This document shows, one piece after another, positions 14,395 through 26,178 of a stretch of DNA of 58,226 nucleotides (the stretch's first letter is position 1; every line of letters starts with the position of its first letter). The stretch spans positions 1-58,226 of the forward strand of contig NW_021829897.1 of the NCBI RefSeq assembly GCF_006345805.1, given 5' to 3'. The stretch is from Octopus sinensis. Its lineage: Eukaryota. A program made the position numbers and the translations under genes. Under the pieces are notes generated by a model that was given only the letters and a program-made list of their open reading frames with translations, was not told the DNA's origin and did no database searches.

Positions 14395-14811
14395 TTCTTT
14401 TTACATATTTCAGTCATTTGACTGCAGCCATGCTAGAGCACCGTCTTTAGTCGAGTAAATCGACCCCAGGACTCATTCTTTGTAAGCCTAATACTTATTC
14501 TATCGGACTCTTTTTGCCGAACCGCTAAGTTACGGGGACATAAACATACCAGCATCGGTTGTCAAGCGGTGGTGGTGGGACAAAGACATACACTAACATA
14601 AATATGACACACAAACATATACACACATACATATATATATAAATATATACGACGGGCTTTTTTCAGTTTCCGTCTATCAAATCCACTCACAAGGCTTTGG
14701 TCGGCCCGAGGCGATAGTAGAAGACACTTGCCCAAGATGCCACGCAGTGGGACTGAACCCGGAACAATGTGGTTGGTAAGCAAGCTACTTACTACACAGC
14801 TACTCCTGCAC
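14395..14811 (-). mobile_element. SINE family A, full length
   Basis: Reverse-complement match to 52410-52850. Confidence 0.9.
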
Positions 14812-15265
14812 CTAACAACATGTTACCACTCTAAAACAAGGATAACTTATATGTCTGCTTGAACTGAACTGACTGATTGTTACATCGCAACGCTAACAGC
14901 TAATCGAAACAGTTATGTAAACATAATTAGTATTAGAATTAAAAGCAGAAATTTAATTTTAAGAGAGTGACCAATGGAGAGGGACTAGGAAATGGGAGCC
15001 AAATGTCCCCTTAGTCATCTCGTACAACCTATCCTTAAAAAAGAATGATACGTTGAGCAATGTTATCTCTGATGTACAAAAATACGTCATGATCACAGTT
15101 GAGACGTCTTTGTTCATAGATCTGCTGTACTATGAATAGAATTATTCGAGGTATAATCTAAATAATCGCAGAATTGAATTTCTGTAAAAACAAAGGAACA
15201 TTTAACAAACCAACGGGGAGCAGTGTTTAGTGAGCCAATGTTGAGAGGGTTTTAATTGAGACAAT

Positions 15266-16080
15266 ATTAAGACGTCTGCTGAGGCAAGGATGAGAGATCC
15301 ACTACTGACTCAACGAGAGAATCTCTCTCGAGCTCTCTACAGAATCGACCAAAGCCTTGTGAGTGGATTTGGTAGACGGAAACTGAAAGAAGCCCGTCGT
15401 ATATATCTATATCTCTCTCTCTATATATGTATGTATGTGTCTGTATATGTTTGTGTGTCATATTTATGTTAGTGTCTGTCTTTGTCCCACCACCACCGCT
15501 TGACAACCGATGTTGGTGTGTTTATGTCCCCGTAACTTAGCGGTTCGGCAAAAAGAGACCGATACAATAAATACTAGGCTTACAAAGAATAAGTCCTGGG
15601 GTCGATTTGCTCCATTAAAGACGGTGCTCCAGCATGGCCGCAGTCAAATGACTGAAACATGTAAGAAGAAAAAAGCTCAGTCACGCAGGTCCAGCTATCG
15701 TGAGAGTTGAGTATGATGCTTTAGTTAATATCAAATATATGAATGTGTGTATGTAAAACCCTCTACTAAGAGGACAAGGTTGCTAAGGAACCAAAGTAGG
15801 CGTCTCTGCTGAACCAATGAAGGAGTTTCGCTTAAGCCAAAGATAAGAAGGGGCTCTCACAGAACCAAGATGAGGAAGACTACTGAGCTAACGAGGCAGT
15901 CTCTACTGAACCAAATAAGGAGTCTTTCTTGAACTAATGAGAGTATCTCTATTGAATCAATGACGAAGCTCCGCTGTATCAATGTGGGACATTTCTAGGG
16001 AACAACTAGGGAGTATCTAGTGGGTCAATGACAGAGCTTCTAGATTGTCACTTGATGTAGTATGTATACCTCCATCAAAC
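15266..16080. repeat. Degenerate 21-23 bp minisatellite block, copy 1 (interrupted by a SINE)
   Basis: Units such as ctctgctgaaccaatgaaggagt, ctctactgaaccaaataaggagt and ctctattgaatcaatgacgaag. Paralogous to 17548-17968. Confidence 0.8.
15347..15674 (+). mobile_element. SINE family A, 5'-truncated
   Basis: Starts at gaccaaagccttgtgag. Absent from the paralogous site at 17628. Confidence 0.9.
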
Positions 16081-16210
16081 TACAATAAACACTCGAAACC
16101 ACAATCCAACGAACGTTAGTGCAATGTCCTAGCCATTAAGCTACGCGCCTACACATCTTTATACATAGGTGTACTGGATTAGGGCTGACTCATATTTATT
16201 GCCTTTGAAG

Positions 16211-16452
16211 TCCTATGATTCATACGACCGGTTACCCGTTTTCCATGGCGTATAAGCGACCAATATCAAGACATTCCACTCTGAACGGGACGCGAATCGG
16301 TCGCAGGATTACTCATTTTGCCAGCTGAGTGCACTAGAGCAACGTGAAAGGAAGTACCTTGCTCAAGAACAAAATTCACCGCCCGGTCCAGGAATCGAAG
16401 TCGCATTCTTGCAATCGTGAGAGCAAAACCCTAACCACTAGGCCACTCGCAT
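16211..16452 (-). mobile_element. tRNA-derived SINE family F
   Basis: Minus strand: A box tggcctagtgg, B-box-like cttcgattcc, then gttcttgagcaagg core and cctgcgac..gcgtcccgttcag. Confidence 0.7.
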
Positions 16453-17547
16453 TCACGAGGACTGACTAGGAAATAAACTTTCACCACCCAAAACGACAGC
16501 AACAACAGCAGCTACAACATTGTAAAAAAAAACGCCATTTTTACACGAGACATTTTAAGGATCCTGGGCCCAATCAGCGCAAAGCGATACACCTACCGTT
16601 GTTTACTCATTCCTATGATCCACGATTGTGACCTTATAAAGTCACCCTGAAGTTCACAAATTTATTCAATACTCATTTCACAATGTATATTAATGCATTA
16701 ACCTTATTTTACAGCATATTGAGTGGTTAATGCGATCGTCTCGAGAATAGAGAGAAAGCCGACCAGTTTGATGTTTTCAGCGATCGAACATTAACGAATA
16801 CTCAACTGCAATGCAAGTATCTAATTTATGGAATACGAATGAACTATTGTATTTTGCTACAATTACCACTCAGCAACAATTAGTTATAGCGAAGAAGAAT
16901 CGATCGGTGGAAATCATTCAAAAGGACCCTTACTGCTGTCATCGACACCACACGCTACTTATTAAACACCACCACCACCACCACCACCAGCACTATTGCC
17001 ACCACCGCCACCGTCATCAATCCTACAACCATCACACCACAAATATCATCATCATCACCAACACATCAAACAACCAACTGCTTTTATCATCATCATCGTC
17101 ATCATCATCATTATTATAACAGCTATTCTTTTCTGAAAAGTCAGTCATAAAGTGCTATTAGCTGTTAAAAGAAAGGTGGGTGGATTTATAATGGTATGAT
17201 GACGGTGGGTGGAGGTGGAGGTGATGGTGTTGGTAGTATAATGGGGTGTAACTAAACTGTCCACAAAGCAAGTCCGTAGATCTGGTTTCAGTTCCAAGTT
17301 GCATCTATTTCAGTTCCTGTATTTTACTTTTGAAGAGCAGAAACATGTTCAAATATGAGCCTTTATTACAAAGTTACTATCTCACATGTCATAATCCCTA
17401 GAATTTTCAAATCCCATTTCAAATGTCTGACTTGTTTCATATTTTTGAATTCCATTTTACTACGGCATTTCACGTTTTATACTACACAAATTGAGGCTAG
17501 TAAGCTGCCATATTATGCAGTTTCATTGAATCAAATGTTTACAACAC

Positions 17548-17968
17548 ATTAAGACGTCTGCTGAGACAAGGATGAGAGATCCACTACAGACTCAACGAGA
17601 GAGGCTCTCCCGAGCTCTCTACAGAATCATTATGAGGACCTCTACTAAGAGAACAAAGTTGCTAAGGAACCAAAGTGGGCGTCTCTGTTGAACCAATGGA
17701 GGAGTTCCTCTCATGTCAAAGACAAGAAGGGGCTTCCACAGAACCAAGATGAGGAAGACTGCTGAGCTAACGAGGCAGTCTCTACTGAACCAAATAAGGA
17801 GTCTTTCTTGAACTAATGAGAGTATCTCTATTGAATCAATGACGAAGCTCTGCTATATCAATGTGGGACATTTCTAGGGAACAACTAGGGAGTATCTAGT
17901 GGGTCAATGACAGAGCTTCTAGATTATCACTGGATCAACTGGATGTAGCATTTATACCTCCATCAAAC
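17548..17968. repeat. Degenerate minisatellite block, copy 2 (uninterrupted)
   Basis: Colinear with 15266-16080 once the 15347-15759 insert is removed. Confidence 0.85.
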
Positions 17969-18529
17969 CACACTAAACTCTCAACATTTTTTGAACCACA
18001 CTTAACATTTTTTTACAACACATTTTCCTTCTAAAACATCATCTACACAGTCAAAATACTATGATAGCAATTACAGTTCTATGTTGGATCCTATTATACA
18101 CAATTACATGCTCTTTTTATTCCTTTTATTTTGTACACAATTACAAAACACCCCTTATATCGTTAAAACATTACTGTGATAATCATTATAGACCATGAAG
18201 GTCTATAATGAAAAATTTATTTGTGCGTAAAAGAAAACGGAAAGGACCTGCGTACAGTGCTGTTAACGGAGGTTTAACAACATCATTGCGCACAAAAACA
18301 TGAGTCCAAGAGGTAAAGCTTCCTACAAGGCAGAGCTAGAATTGCAATTGTCAAGTAGGTAAGAGGTTTTAAACAGGTGCGATATATTCAAAATTGGTAA
18401 AACTAAAAATTGTCGAGAATAAACTGAATTTATTATTGTTACTGAATATGTTAGTGTTATATAATTTCTGAACGGTTTTGCTGACGTTTGTTTATGTAGT
18501 TTGATTTTTAATAACAGAGAAAAGAAAAT

Positions 18530-18773
18530 AAAACTTTGGAAACAGCAACACCGACATAATTTATGTGGAAACCACGAGCGTGCTTTCAAGGGAGATAATC
18601 TGAGAAAGACTTGAAAGTCAACGTAAGATCGTAATAGTTCATGTAAAGTGAAGTAAATATAACAAATAATCCAGAATCCTAATCCATCCAGCGGTTCCTG
18701 AGATATCTTGTACACGGACAAACAAGCAAACACGACTGAAACAATACCTCCGCTTTCGCTACGGCGGAGGTAA
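18530..18773. mobile_element. Helentron/DINE-1-like non-autonomous element
   Basis: Ends in the hairpin acctccgc-tttcgctacg-gcggaggt followed by aaaa. The body is homologous to 40610-40916. Confidence 0.5.
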
Positions 18774-18776
18774 AAA

Positions 18777-18819
<43 letters not shown>

Positions 18820-18859
18820 GCTGGTGCTGCTGGTGCTGCTGCTGCTGCTGCTGCTGCTG

Positions 18860-18901
<42 letters not shown>

Positions 18902-18952
18902 ATTATTATTATATTATTATTAGTAGTAGTAGTAGTATAAGTATTATTATTA

Positions 18953-19247
18953 TTTCTTTATTAGCAGGACGATACAACAGCTTTTAAAACATGTAACAAA
19001 AACAAAAAACAAATGAATAAGTAAAACTCCCCAAAAGGGGAGAGCCACTTTAAGTCTACTCGTGGAAAAACCCATTAAAGCCACTGCTAACTTGACCAAT
19101 AGGGTAGGAGCCCTCTCCTTTTATTTTCACTGGGGCATGCTCAAATTGAGTCTTTTCACAATGACCATTTTCCAACATTCACTCACGTTTCTACAAACTT
19201 GCTAGAAGAGAACACTTCCCTTGAAAAAGTTTATGAGGGATTAGCCA
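18953..19247 (-). mobile_element. Second Tx1-clade family, 3' end
   Basis: The minus strand reads G*SLINFFK..EVFSSSKFVET*VNVGK, homologous to GQSLINFFK..QVLSSECFKKRWVDVVR of the 7139 copy. Ends gctaataaagaaa followed by (taa/tac)n. Confidence 0.6.
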
Positions 19248-19282
19248 AAGAATAAAAACAAAAACAAATATATATATATATA

Positions 19283-19600
19283 TATATACAATTCCCTAAA
19301 ACTTGAAATAGGAAGAATTTGGAGCAGGCGAACAATAAAGGTCGTGTCTATAATAATTGGTGCGCTGGGAACAGTAAACCAAGATACAGACAAATGGCTG
19401 AGGGAAATTGAAATAGAATGCCTGGTAGATCTCCCAGAGGAAGTTTTTCTCTTAGGGCCTGTAAGGATTATCAGGAGAGTTCTAAGCACTTGAAAGATTA
19501 CCTAGATCAATCACAATGGCATAAAATGTGTTATGATGCATCCAAACAATTTGTGTAGAAGAAACAGAACAACAGCAACAACAACAATAATAATAACTAC
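19283..19600 (+). mobile_element. R4/Dong-type LINE C-terminal remnant (family 2)
   Basis: LKLEIGRIWSRRTIKVVSIIIGALGTVNQDTDKWL..LLGPVRIIRRVLST* parallels DLEIEVTRMW..IIVGALG..LLGTAHILRRTLSIQ* of the 21148 copy. (AAC/AAT)n tail. Confidence 0.7.
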
Positions 19601-19712
19601 CGAAAATTGGAATTAATTACAGAATTATTTTCATTCCCACGGCTGGTATTCAACTTTTGCAAATTTCACATAGTCGCCATCCGTGTGAGTGTATTTCAGG
19701 GTTAGACACCTG

Positions 19713-19784
<72 letters not shown>

Positions 19785-19844
19785 TGCATATGTATACATA
19801 CATAGAGGGAGAAAGAAAGAGAGAGAGAGAGAAAGAAAGTGAGT

Positions 19845-20008
19845 GAAAGGACATGCTTCCCAATCATATGGTTCAGTCATAACACGTGGCAAGAAGTCAA
19901 TTGTCGAAGGTGCCACGTGACATCTTCAACGGTTGATTCCTACTATAGCCTCGGACCGACCAAACCCTTGTGAGTGAATTTGGTGGACGGCAACTGAAGA
20001 AGTACGTC

Positions 20009-20010
<2 letters not shown>
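19845..20010 (+). mobile_element. SINE family A head, degenerate
   Basis: ctactatagcctcggaccgaccaaacccttgtgagtgaatttggtggacgg followed by (TA)n. Confidence 0.65.
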
Positions 20011-20072
<62 letters not shown>

Positions 20073-20350
20073 GATGACGATGATGATGATGCTAATGATG
20101 GTGGTGAAAGTGGTAGTGGTGCTGTTGGTGGTGGTGGAGATGATATTCAATTCTAAACAGTACATGGTCTTACAGACCAATAATCAAAAACATTCAGATT
20201 TATTGATTATATACATACATACATGCATAAATACATATATATATATGAGTATGTATGCATGTATGTATGTATGTATATCATATATATATATATATATATG
20301 AGTATGTATGAATGTACACACACACAGGCACACACATATATATGTATATA

Positions 20351-20384
<34 letters not shown>

Positions 20385-21098
20385 CTTATCGAACGTGCCC
20401 CTCCTATTTTAAGACGATAGGACGTGATTTAAGGCAGGCTTTATTGTGTTTATACATATTGAGATGTCTGCGCTATCACGTAGAGGTTCCGCGTAGATGA
20501 TCTTTCGCAGCCTTGTTATATAGTTCCCGTTAAGGTCTTTAACAGTATTAAAATAGTAGTCTTTTCTATTCCGTGCTTTGCTGTGTCCTTATTACAATCT
20601 CAAATGCAGGCAAGTTCACAAACCAATGAAGCGTCCCTTGCGCAAACGCTTGATCTGCTAGAAATAGCAGCTTAATGCCCACAACGTACATTATAGATTC
20701 TTAAAAATGAAACGATAAACTGGGAAATGCTGTTCCAGATATACCAGCAAAAAAAAAAAAAGAATTCAAGGTTGTGATAAGAGTCCGTATTGACTGTAGT
20801 GCGCTGGAAGCTTGAGTATCTATTTATTAATTGACAGCAAATCAGTGCATACATAAATTAGCATCTGGCCCTTAAACCTCATAGAGTCTAAGAGCCCAAT
20901 TGCATAGTGTGTCCTAATGCTTTAAGGCAGCAGTAATGGTCGCGACTAGAATGCATTTAGCCCAATCCATAACCAGTTAGTTTGAATTTGATCGTCTTTC
21001 CGGAAAGGACTGAGGAGCTTCATTATATAAAATATCAGTTATTTGTTTGTTGTTGTTGATGATGATGATGATGATGATGAGGGAAATTATTATTATTA

Positions 21099-21147
<49 letters not shown>

Positions 21148-21150
<3 letters not shown>

Positions 21151-22005
21151 TAGTTTTATTTTTATAGCGTGCTTTCACTTCACTACCGAGCGCAGCTCTG
21201 TGTGCCTTGGGTATGTGCTGTGATTTGTTGTGATGCTCTGATGGTTATTGTATGGAAAGTGTTCTGCGTAGGATGTGTGCAGTGCCTAGTAGTGCAATTT
21301 TCTGTATGTTATATGTGTTTGTAAGTCCTGGTGTTTTTGTTATGTATTTGTCTGAATATTTTTTTATCATGCCTAATGCACCTACTATGATGGAATTTTC
21401 TGTTTTCAGGTTCCACATTCTAGTTACCTCTATTTCCAGGTCTTTGTATTTTGAGAGTTTCTCCATTTCTTTTAGAGACACGTTGTCATCTGCCGGTATT
21501 GATACATCAATTAGAAAGCATTTTTTTCTTCATGATCTCTGACAACTATATCTGGTCTGTTGGCCTTAATTTCTCTATCTGTGTGTATCGGCATATCCCA
21601 GATATGTTGCTTTCTCGTTTTCTGTGACCTTTTCGGGTGTGTGCCTATACCATCTTTTTTCGTTGTTATTCCATAATGTTGGCATAGCTTCCAATGTATG
21701 TAGTTCCAACTCTGTCATGTCTGTGATATATTCCTTCTTAGCCAGGACTGGGCAGCTAGAGATAATATGATTTATTGTTTCTTGTCCATCTCCACATATT
21801 CTGCAGTTACTGTAATATTTCTTTTCATTACATGTTTTGGTAATTCTGGTGGGGGAGGCTTTGGTCTTGTGCTGCAATTAAAAATCCCTCTGTTCTGCTT
21901 TGAGTCCTGAGCTTCTCAACCATTGCTGGGATTTTTCTTGTCTATTTCTTTGCGTTTAGTTTAGTGCAGTATTTACCACGAAGGGGCTTTTCTTGCTATC
22001 GTTTA
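21148..22005 (-). mobile_element. R4/Dong-clade (restriction-like endonuclease) non-LTR retrotransposon, 5'-truncated
   Basis: Frameshifted ORF: QQWLRSSGLK..AAQDQSLPT..CRICGDGQETINHIISSCPVLAKKEY..HW..RPDIVV..IDVSIP..KLSKYKDLEIEVTRMW..GALG..LLGTAHILRRTLSIQ*. Contains the CCHC-type finger and PD..D endonuclease motif. 3' UTR ends in (AAT)n. Confidence 0.9.
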
Positions 22006-22258
22006 TTATGCTCGTTGCTGTTCTATTTTTAGTTTGGATTTCATTTGTTTTTATAGCTTTTGTTGTTTCTTTTCTTCTTCTTCTTCTTCTTCTTCTTCTT
22101 CTTCTCTTCTTCTTCTTCTCTTCTTTCTTCTTCTTCTTCTTCTTCTACTTTCTACTTCTTCTTCTTCTTCTTTCTTCTTCTTCTTCTTCTTTATTTCTTC
22201 TTCTCTTCTTCTTCTTCTTCTTCTTCTTATTATTATTATTATTATTATATTATTATTC

Positions 22259-22473
22259 CGTAGTTTTATTTTTATAGCGTGCTTTCACTTCACTACCGAG
22301 CGCAGCTCTGTGTGCCCTTGAGTATGTGCTGTGATTTGTTGTGATGCTCTATGGTTATTGTATGGAAAGTGTTCGGCGTTAGGATGGTGTGCAGTGCCTA
22401 GTAGTGCAATTTTCTGTATGTTATATGTGTTTGTAAGTCCTGGTGTTTTTGTTACGTATTTGTCTGCATATTT
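22259..22473 (-). mobile_element. R4/Dong copy 2, last 215 bp only
   Basis: Nearly identical to 21148-21360 and flanked by (TTA)n on both sides. Confidence 0.9.
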
Positions 22474-22488
22474 ATTATTATTATTATT

Positions 22489-23050
22489 GAGTGAGAGAGC
22501 AGTGCATGCCATGATAAAGTGACACTGGGGTAAAATATACGAAAGCAATATACCCATCATGACTACGCGTCTGAATAAAGGTACACCAGGCAACAGCATC
22601 AAAACCATATGTGCGCGACATGGTGATCTCATATCAAGATGATAAACAGCACATGGACCCTGCAGGTGGGGCCCAGTTAGAATTTTCTTCAGGTTGAGTA
22701 GCCCATCCCGCTCAAAAGGTCCCTGAATAAGGTTGTTTAAGGATGTTTGAAAGAACCACCCATGTTTCAGAGGTGAATTATTAAAACCCCAAAGAATCCC
22801 TCTCAAAACAATGGCTATGATGCTCCCCCACTACTTCTGCTCGTGATCAGAGATGCACATATCGTCAGCCACTAAGGGACATGCTCAACTGGTTAAGGTC
22901 AAACAACTGACAAGCAAATCTGTGGTATTGAGCAGAATATTTTGCTGTAGCCCATCTTTTTTACCAAGACAAAACAATGTACATGATAACACTTCCAATC
23001 AGTTAAGATCAGAAGCCATGAAGCCACTGCCTGGTACTGCATCAGGGCAT
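22489..23050 (-). mobile_element. Non-coding (AAT)n-tailed interspersed element E, copy 1
   Basis: About 560 bp with no credible ORF. Minus-strand end ..catgcactgctctctcactc is followed by (aat)n, and (TTA)n lies on both sides. Second copy at 23308. Confidence 0.7.
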
Positions 23051-23307
23051 TTATTATTATATTATTATTATTATTATTATTATATTATTATTATTATTTG
23101 ATTATTTATTATTATATTATTATTATTATATTATTATTATTATATTATTATTATATTATTATTATGTTGTTTTTGTTGTGGTTGTTGTGTCGTTAATATT
23201 ATTATCCTTCGTAACACAGTGTAGGTAAAAATGCACCGGATCTTTTGTCATCCGTCAAATCACGAGTACGTCAGACATATAATACTTTCCTTAAGATTGT
23301 TATTATT

Positions 23308-23739
23308 GAGTGAGAGAGAGAACAGTGCATGCCATCAAAGTGACTCTGGGGTAAAATATACGAAGCCCAGTATACCCATCATGACTACCCGTCTGATAAG
23401 GGTACACCAGGCACATGCATCACAACCATATGTGCACGACATGGTGATCTCATATCAAGATAAACAGCACATGACCTTGCAGGTGGGGCCCAGTTAGAAT
23501 TTTCTTCTGGTCGAGTAACCCATCCCGCTCAAAAGGTCCCTGAATAAGTATTGTTTAAGGATGTTGAACGAAACACCCATGTTTTCAAAGGTGAATTATT
23601 CAAACCCCAAAGAATCCCTCTCAACACATGGCTATGATGCTCCCTCACTTACTTCTGCTCGTGATAGAGATGCACAACATATCGTCAGCCACTAAGGGAC
23701 ATGCTCAACTGGTTAAGGTCAAGCAACTGACAAGCAAAG
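23308..23739 (-). mobile_element. Element E, copy 2 (shorter at the 5' end)
   Basis: High identity to 22489-22915, with TTA/TAA repeats on both sides. Confidence 0.7.
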
Positions 23740-23754
23740 ATTATTATAATAATG

Positions 23755-23808
<54 letters not shown>

Positions 23809-23832
23809 TAATTATTATTATTGTTGTTATTA

Positions 23833-23909
<77 letters not shown>

Positions 23910-23913
<4 letters not shown>

Positions 23914-24127
23914 CTGTGAGCTGGCAGAATCGTTAGCTCTCCGGGCGAAATGCATAGCGGTATTCCGTCTGCCGCTACGTTCTGAGTTCAAATTTCGCCA
24001 AGGTTGACTTTGCCTTTCATCCTTTCAGAGTCGATTAAATAAGATCCAGTTATGTACTGGAGTCGATATAATCGATTAGACCCCTTCCCCCAAATTTCTA
24101 AGGCCTTGCTCCTAGAGTAGAAATAAT
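23910..24127 (+). mobile_element. SINE family G (Nin-domain-like core)
   Basis: Head gagctggcagaatcgttag..gttctgagttcaaatttc, then ggttgactttgcctttcatcctttcagagtcgattaaataag. The family name is inferred from memory. Confidence 0.6.
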
Positions 24128-24134
24128 GCTTACA

Positions 24135-24830
24135 CGTCTCCGTTATCGTTTATAGCCTGACCGTCGTGCCTTGCCTCGGTTACTGTTTGACCAGATTGGA
24201 ACGTCTCATATCGAAATTCCTGTGGAGAAATGCGTTCCAATAGTCAGGCGATCAATCCGTTGCCAGTATCCTCTGATTAGGTATGCGTGGCTCCTAATGC
24301 GCTGACACGCTCTTATGTTATGCCACCTGCAACGATTTCTGGACGGTGAGCGTGTCTGTGCTCCGTTTCTGAAGCTCTTCTTTCCACAGCTGGTCTCCTT
24401 GACGGAGTTGCAGTCCTGGGTGAAGAAAAGACTGGGAATGGGCGCCTTGCACATAAGATGTCGTCAGGCGCTCACAGCCCTCTACCAGTCGGGGAAGGGG
24501 CTCGATGGATGTTCCGCTTTGGAAATTTGTAAAGGTTTAGTGGCACGGAAGTGCGATGACATTCTCGGGGAGACTCTGGGCGCCGAGGAGAACGAACTGG
24601 CAAGTCTGTTCCGGAGGACTTTCCGGTCGGGAACTATTATGAATAATTTTCAGATTTCCTTGGTTTGGCAGTGCTACCGAGGGGGCGTTACCGGTTCGAA
24701 ATAAACTCTACAGGCATGGAAGTCATATCAGACGGGCTTATCCAGGGTGTGCGCAGAATGACGAAACCGTTCTGCACGCCATCGTTCAGTGATCGGGCAT
24801 TTTGAAGTGCTATCTTTAAAAAAGTTACAT
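24135..24830 (+). mobile_element. Tx1-clade ORF2 internal fragment (post-RT region to zf-RVT)
   Basis: IVYSLTVVPC..LERLISKFLW..VRRSIRCQYPL..HLQRFLDG..LVWQCYRG/ALPVRNKLYRHGS..CAQNDETVLHAIVQ, with stops and frameshifts. Confidence 0.8.
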
Positions 24831-24903
24831 TTCAAGAATATTTCATGATGATCCGGTCCGAAGAAAGGGTTTTTGTGAGTAGAACTTGGCAAAATGTATA
24901 GAT

Positions 24904-25284
24904 AACCACATGGTTCCGGGTTCAGTCCCACTGCGTGGCATCTTGGGCAAGTGTCTTCTGCTATAGCCCCGGGCCGACCAATGCCTTGTGAGTGGATTTG
25001 GTAGACGGAAACTGAAAGAAGCCTGTCGTATATATGTATATATATATGTATGTGTGTGTGTGTTTGTGTGTATGTGTTTGTCCCCCTAGCATTGCTTGAC
25101 AACCGATGCTGGTGTGTTTACGTCCCCGTCACTTAGCGGTTCGGCAATAGAGACCGATAGAATAAGTACTAGACTTACAAAGAATAAGTCCCGGGGTCGA
25201 TTTGCTCGACTGAAGGCGGTGCTCCAGCATGGCCGCAGTCAAATGACTGAAACAAGTAAAAGAGTAAAAGAGTAAAGAGTAAGA
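24904..25284 (+). mobile_element. SINE family A, slightly 5'-truncated
   Basis: Match to 52410-52850, with an (agtaaa)n tail. Confidence 0.9.
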
Positions 25285-25291
25285 GTATATA

Positions 25292-25760
25292 CACTTTCCA
25301 ACAAAGGTTCTTTGGAGTGATGAGACTACATTTAAATGACATGGTTCAATTAACCACCACAATTGCACCGACTGAGGACCTGAGAATCTGCATCTTACGG
25401 AGGAATTTCTTGTTAATTTACCATGAGTTACAGTATGGTGCTACTTATCATCAAAAGGAGTAATCGGACCTTTCTTCTGACAGTACTGTGATTGGTTCTA
25501 TTTACTTGAACTTGCGACAATCTCTCAAGCCAAGCATTCAAGAGAGCTTTAAAGATGTGGAGTTATATTTCCAGTAATATGAGACATTCCCACTCAACTA
25601 CAATAATGTAATGGCCCGAGGATGAAGAGGTGAAGTTAAATACACTCCGCATTCACCAGACCTCACACCACAACACTTTTGTGTGGGAATACGTGATAAA
25701 GTTTACGTTGCAAAAACCGGCAACGGTTAACGAATTGAGGACAGCAACTGAACAGAAATA
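25292..25760 (+). mobile_element. Degenerate Tc1/mariner-superfamily transposase (DDE core)
   Basis: KVLWSDETTF..SINHHNC..VTVWC..SSKGVIGPFF..YL..YFQ..PHSPDLTP..FFVW motifs with several stops. Confidence 0.8.
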
Positions 25761-25786
25761 CTAAACAAAATATTTTTTGATATTCT

Positions 25787-26178
25787 TTCACTCTTTTACT
25801 CTTTTATCTGTTTCAGTCATGTGACTGTGGCCATGCTGGAGCACCGCCTTTAGTCGAGCAAATCGATCCCAGGACTTATTCTTTGTAAGTCTAGTACTCA
25901 TTCTATCGGTCTCTAAGTTACGGGGACGCAAACACACTAGCATCGGTTGTCAAGCGATGTTGGTGGGGACAAATACAGACACACAAACATATACATACAT
26001 GCACATATATATATATATATACGTATATTCGACGGGCTTCTTTCAGTTTCTGTCTACCAAATCCACTCGCAAGGCTTTGGTCGGCCCGAGGATATAGTAG
26101 AAGACACTTGCCCAAGGTGCCACTGAACTCGGAACCATGTGGTTCGTAAGCAAGCTACTTACCACACAGCCACTCCTA
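25787..26178 (-). mobile_element. SINE family A, full length
   Basis: Reverse-complement match to the family. Confidence 0.9.
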
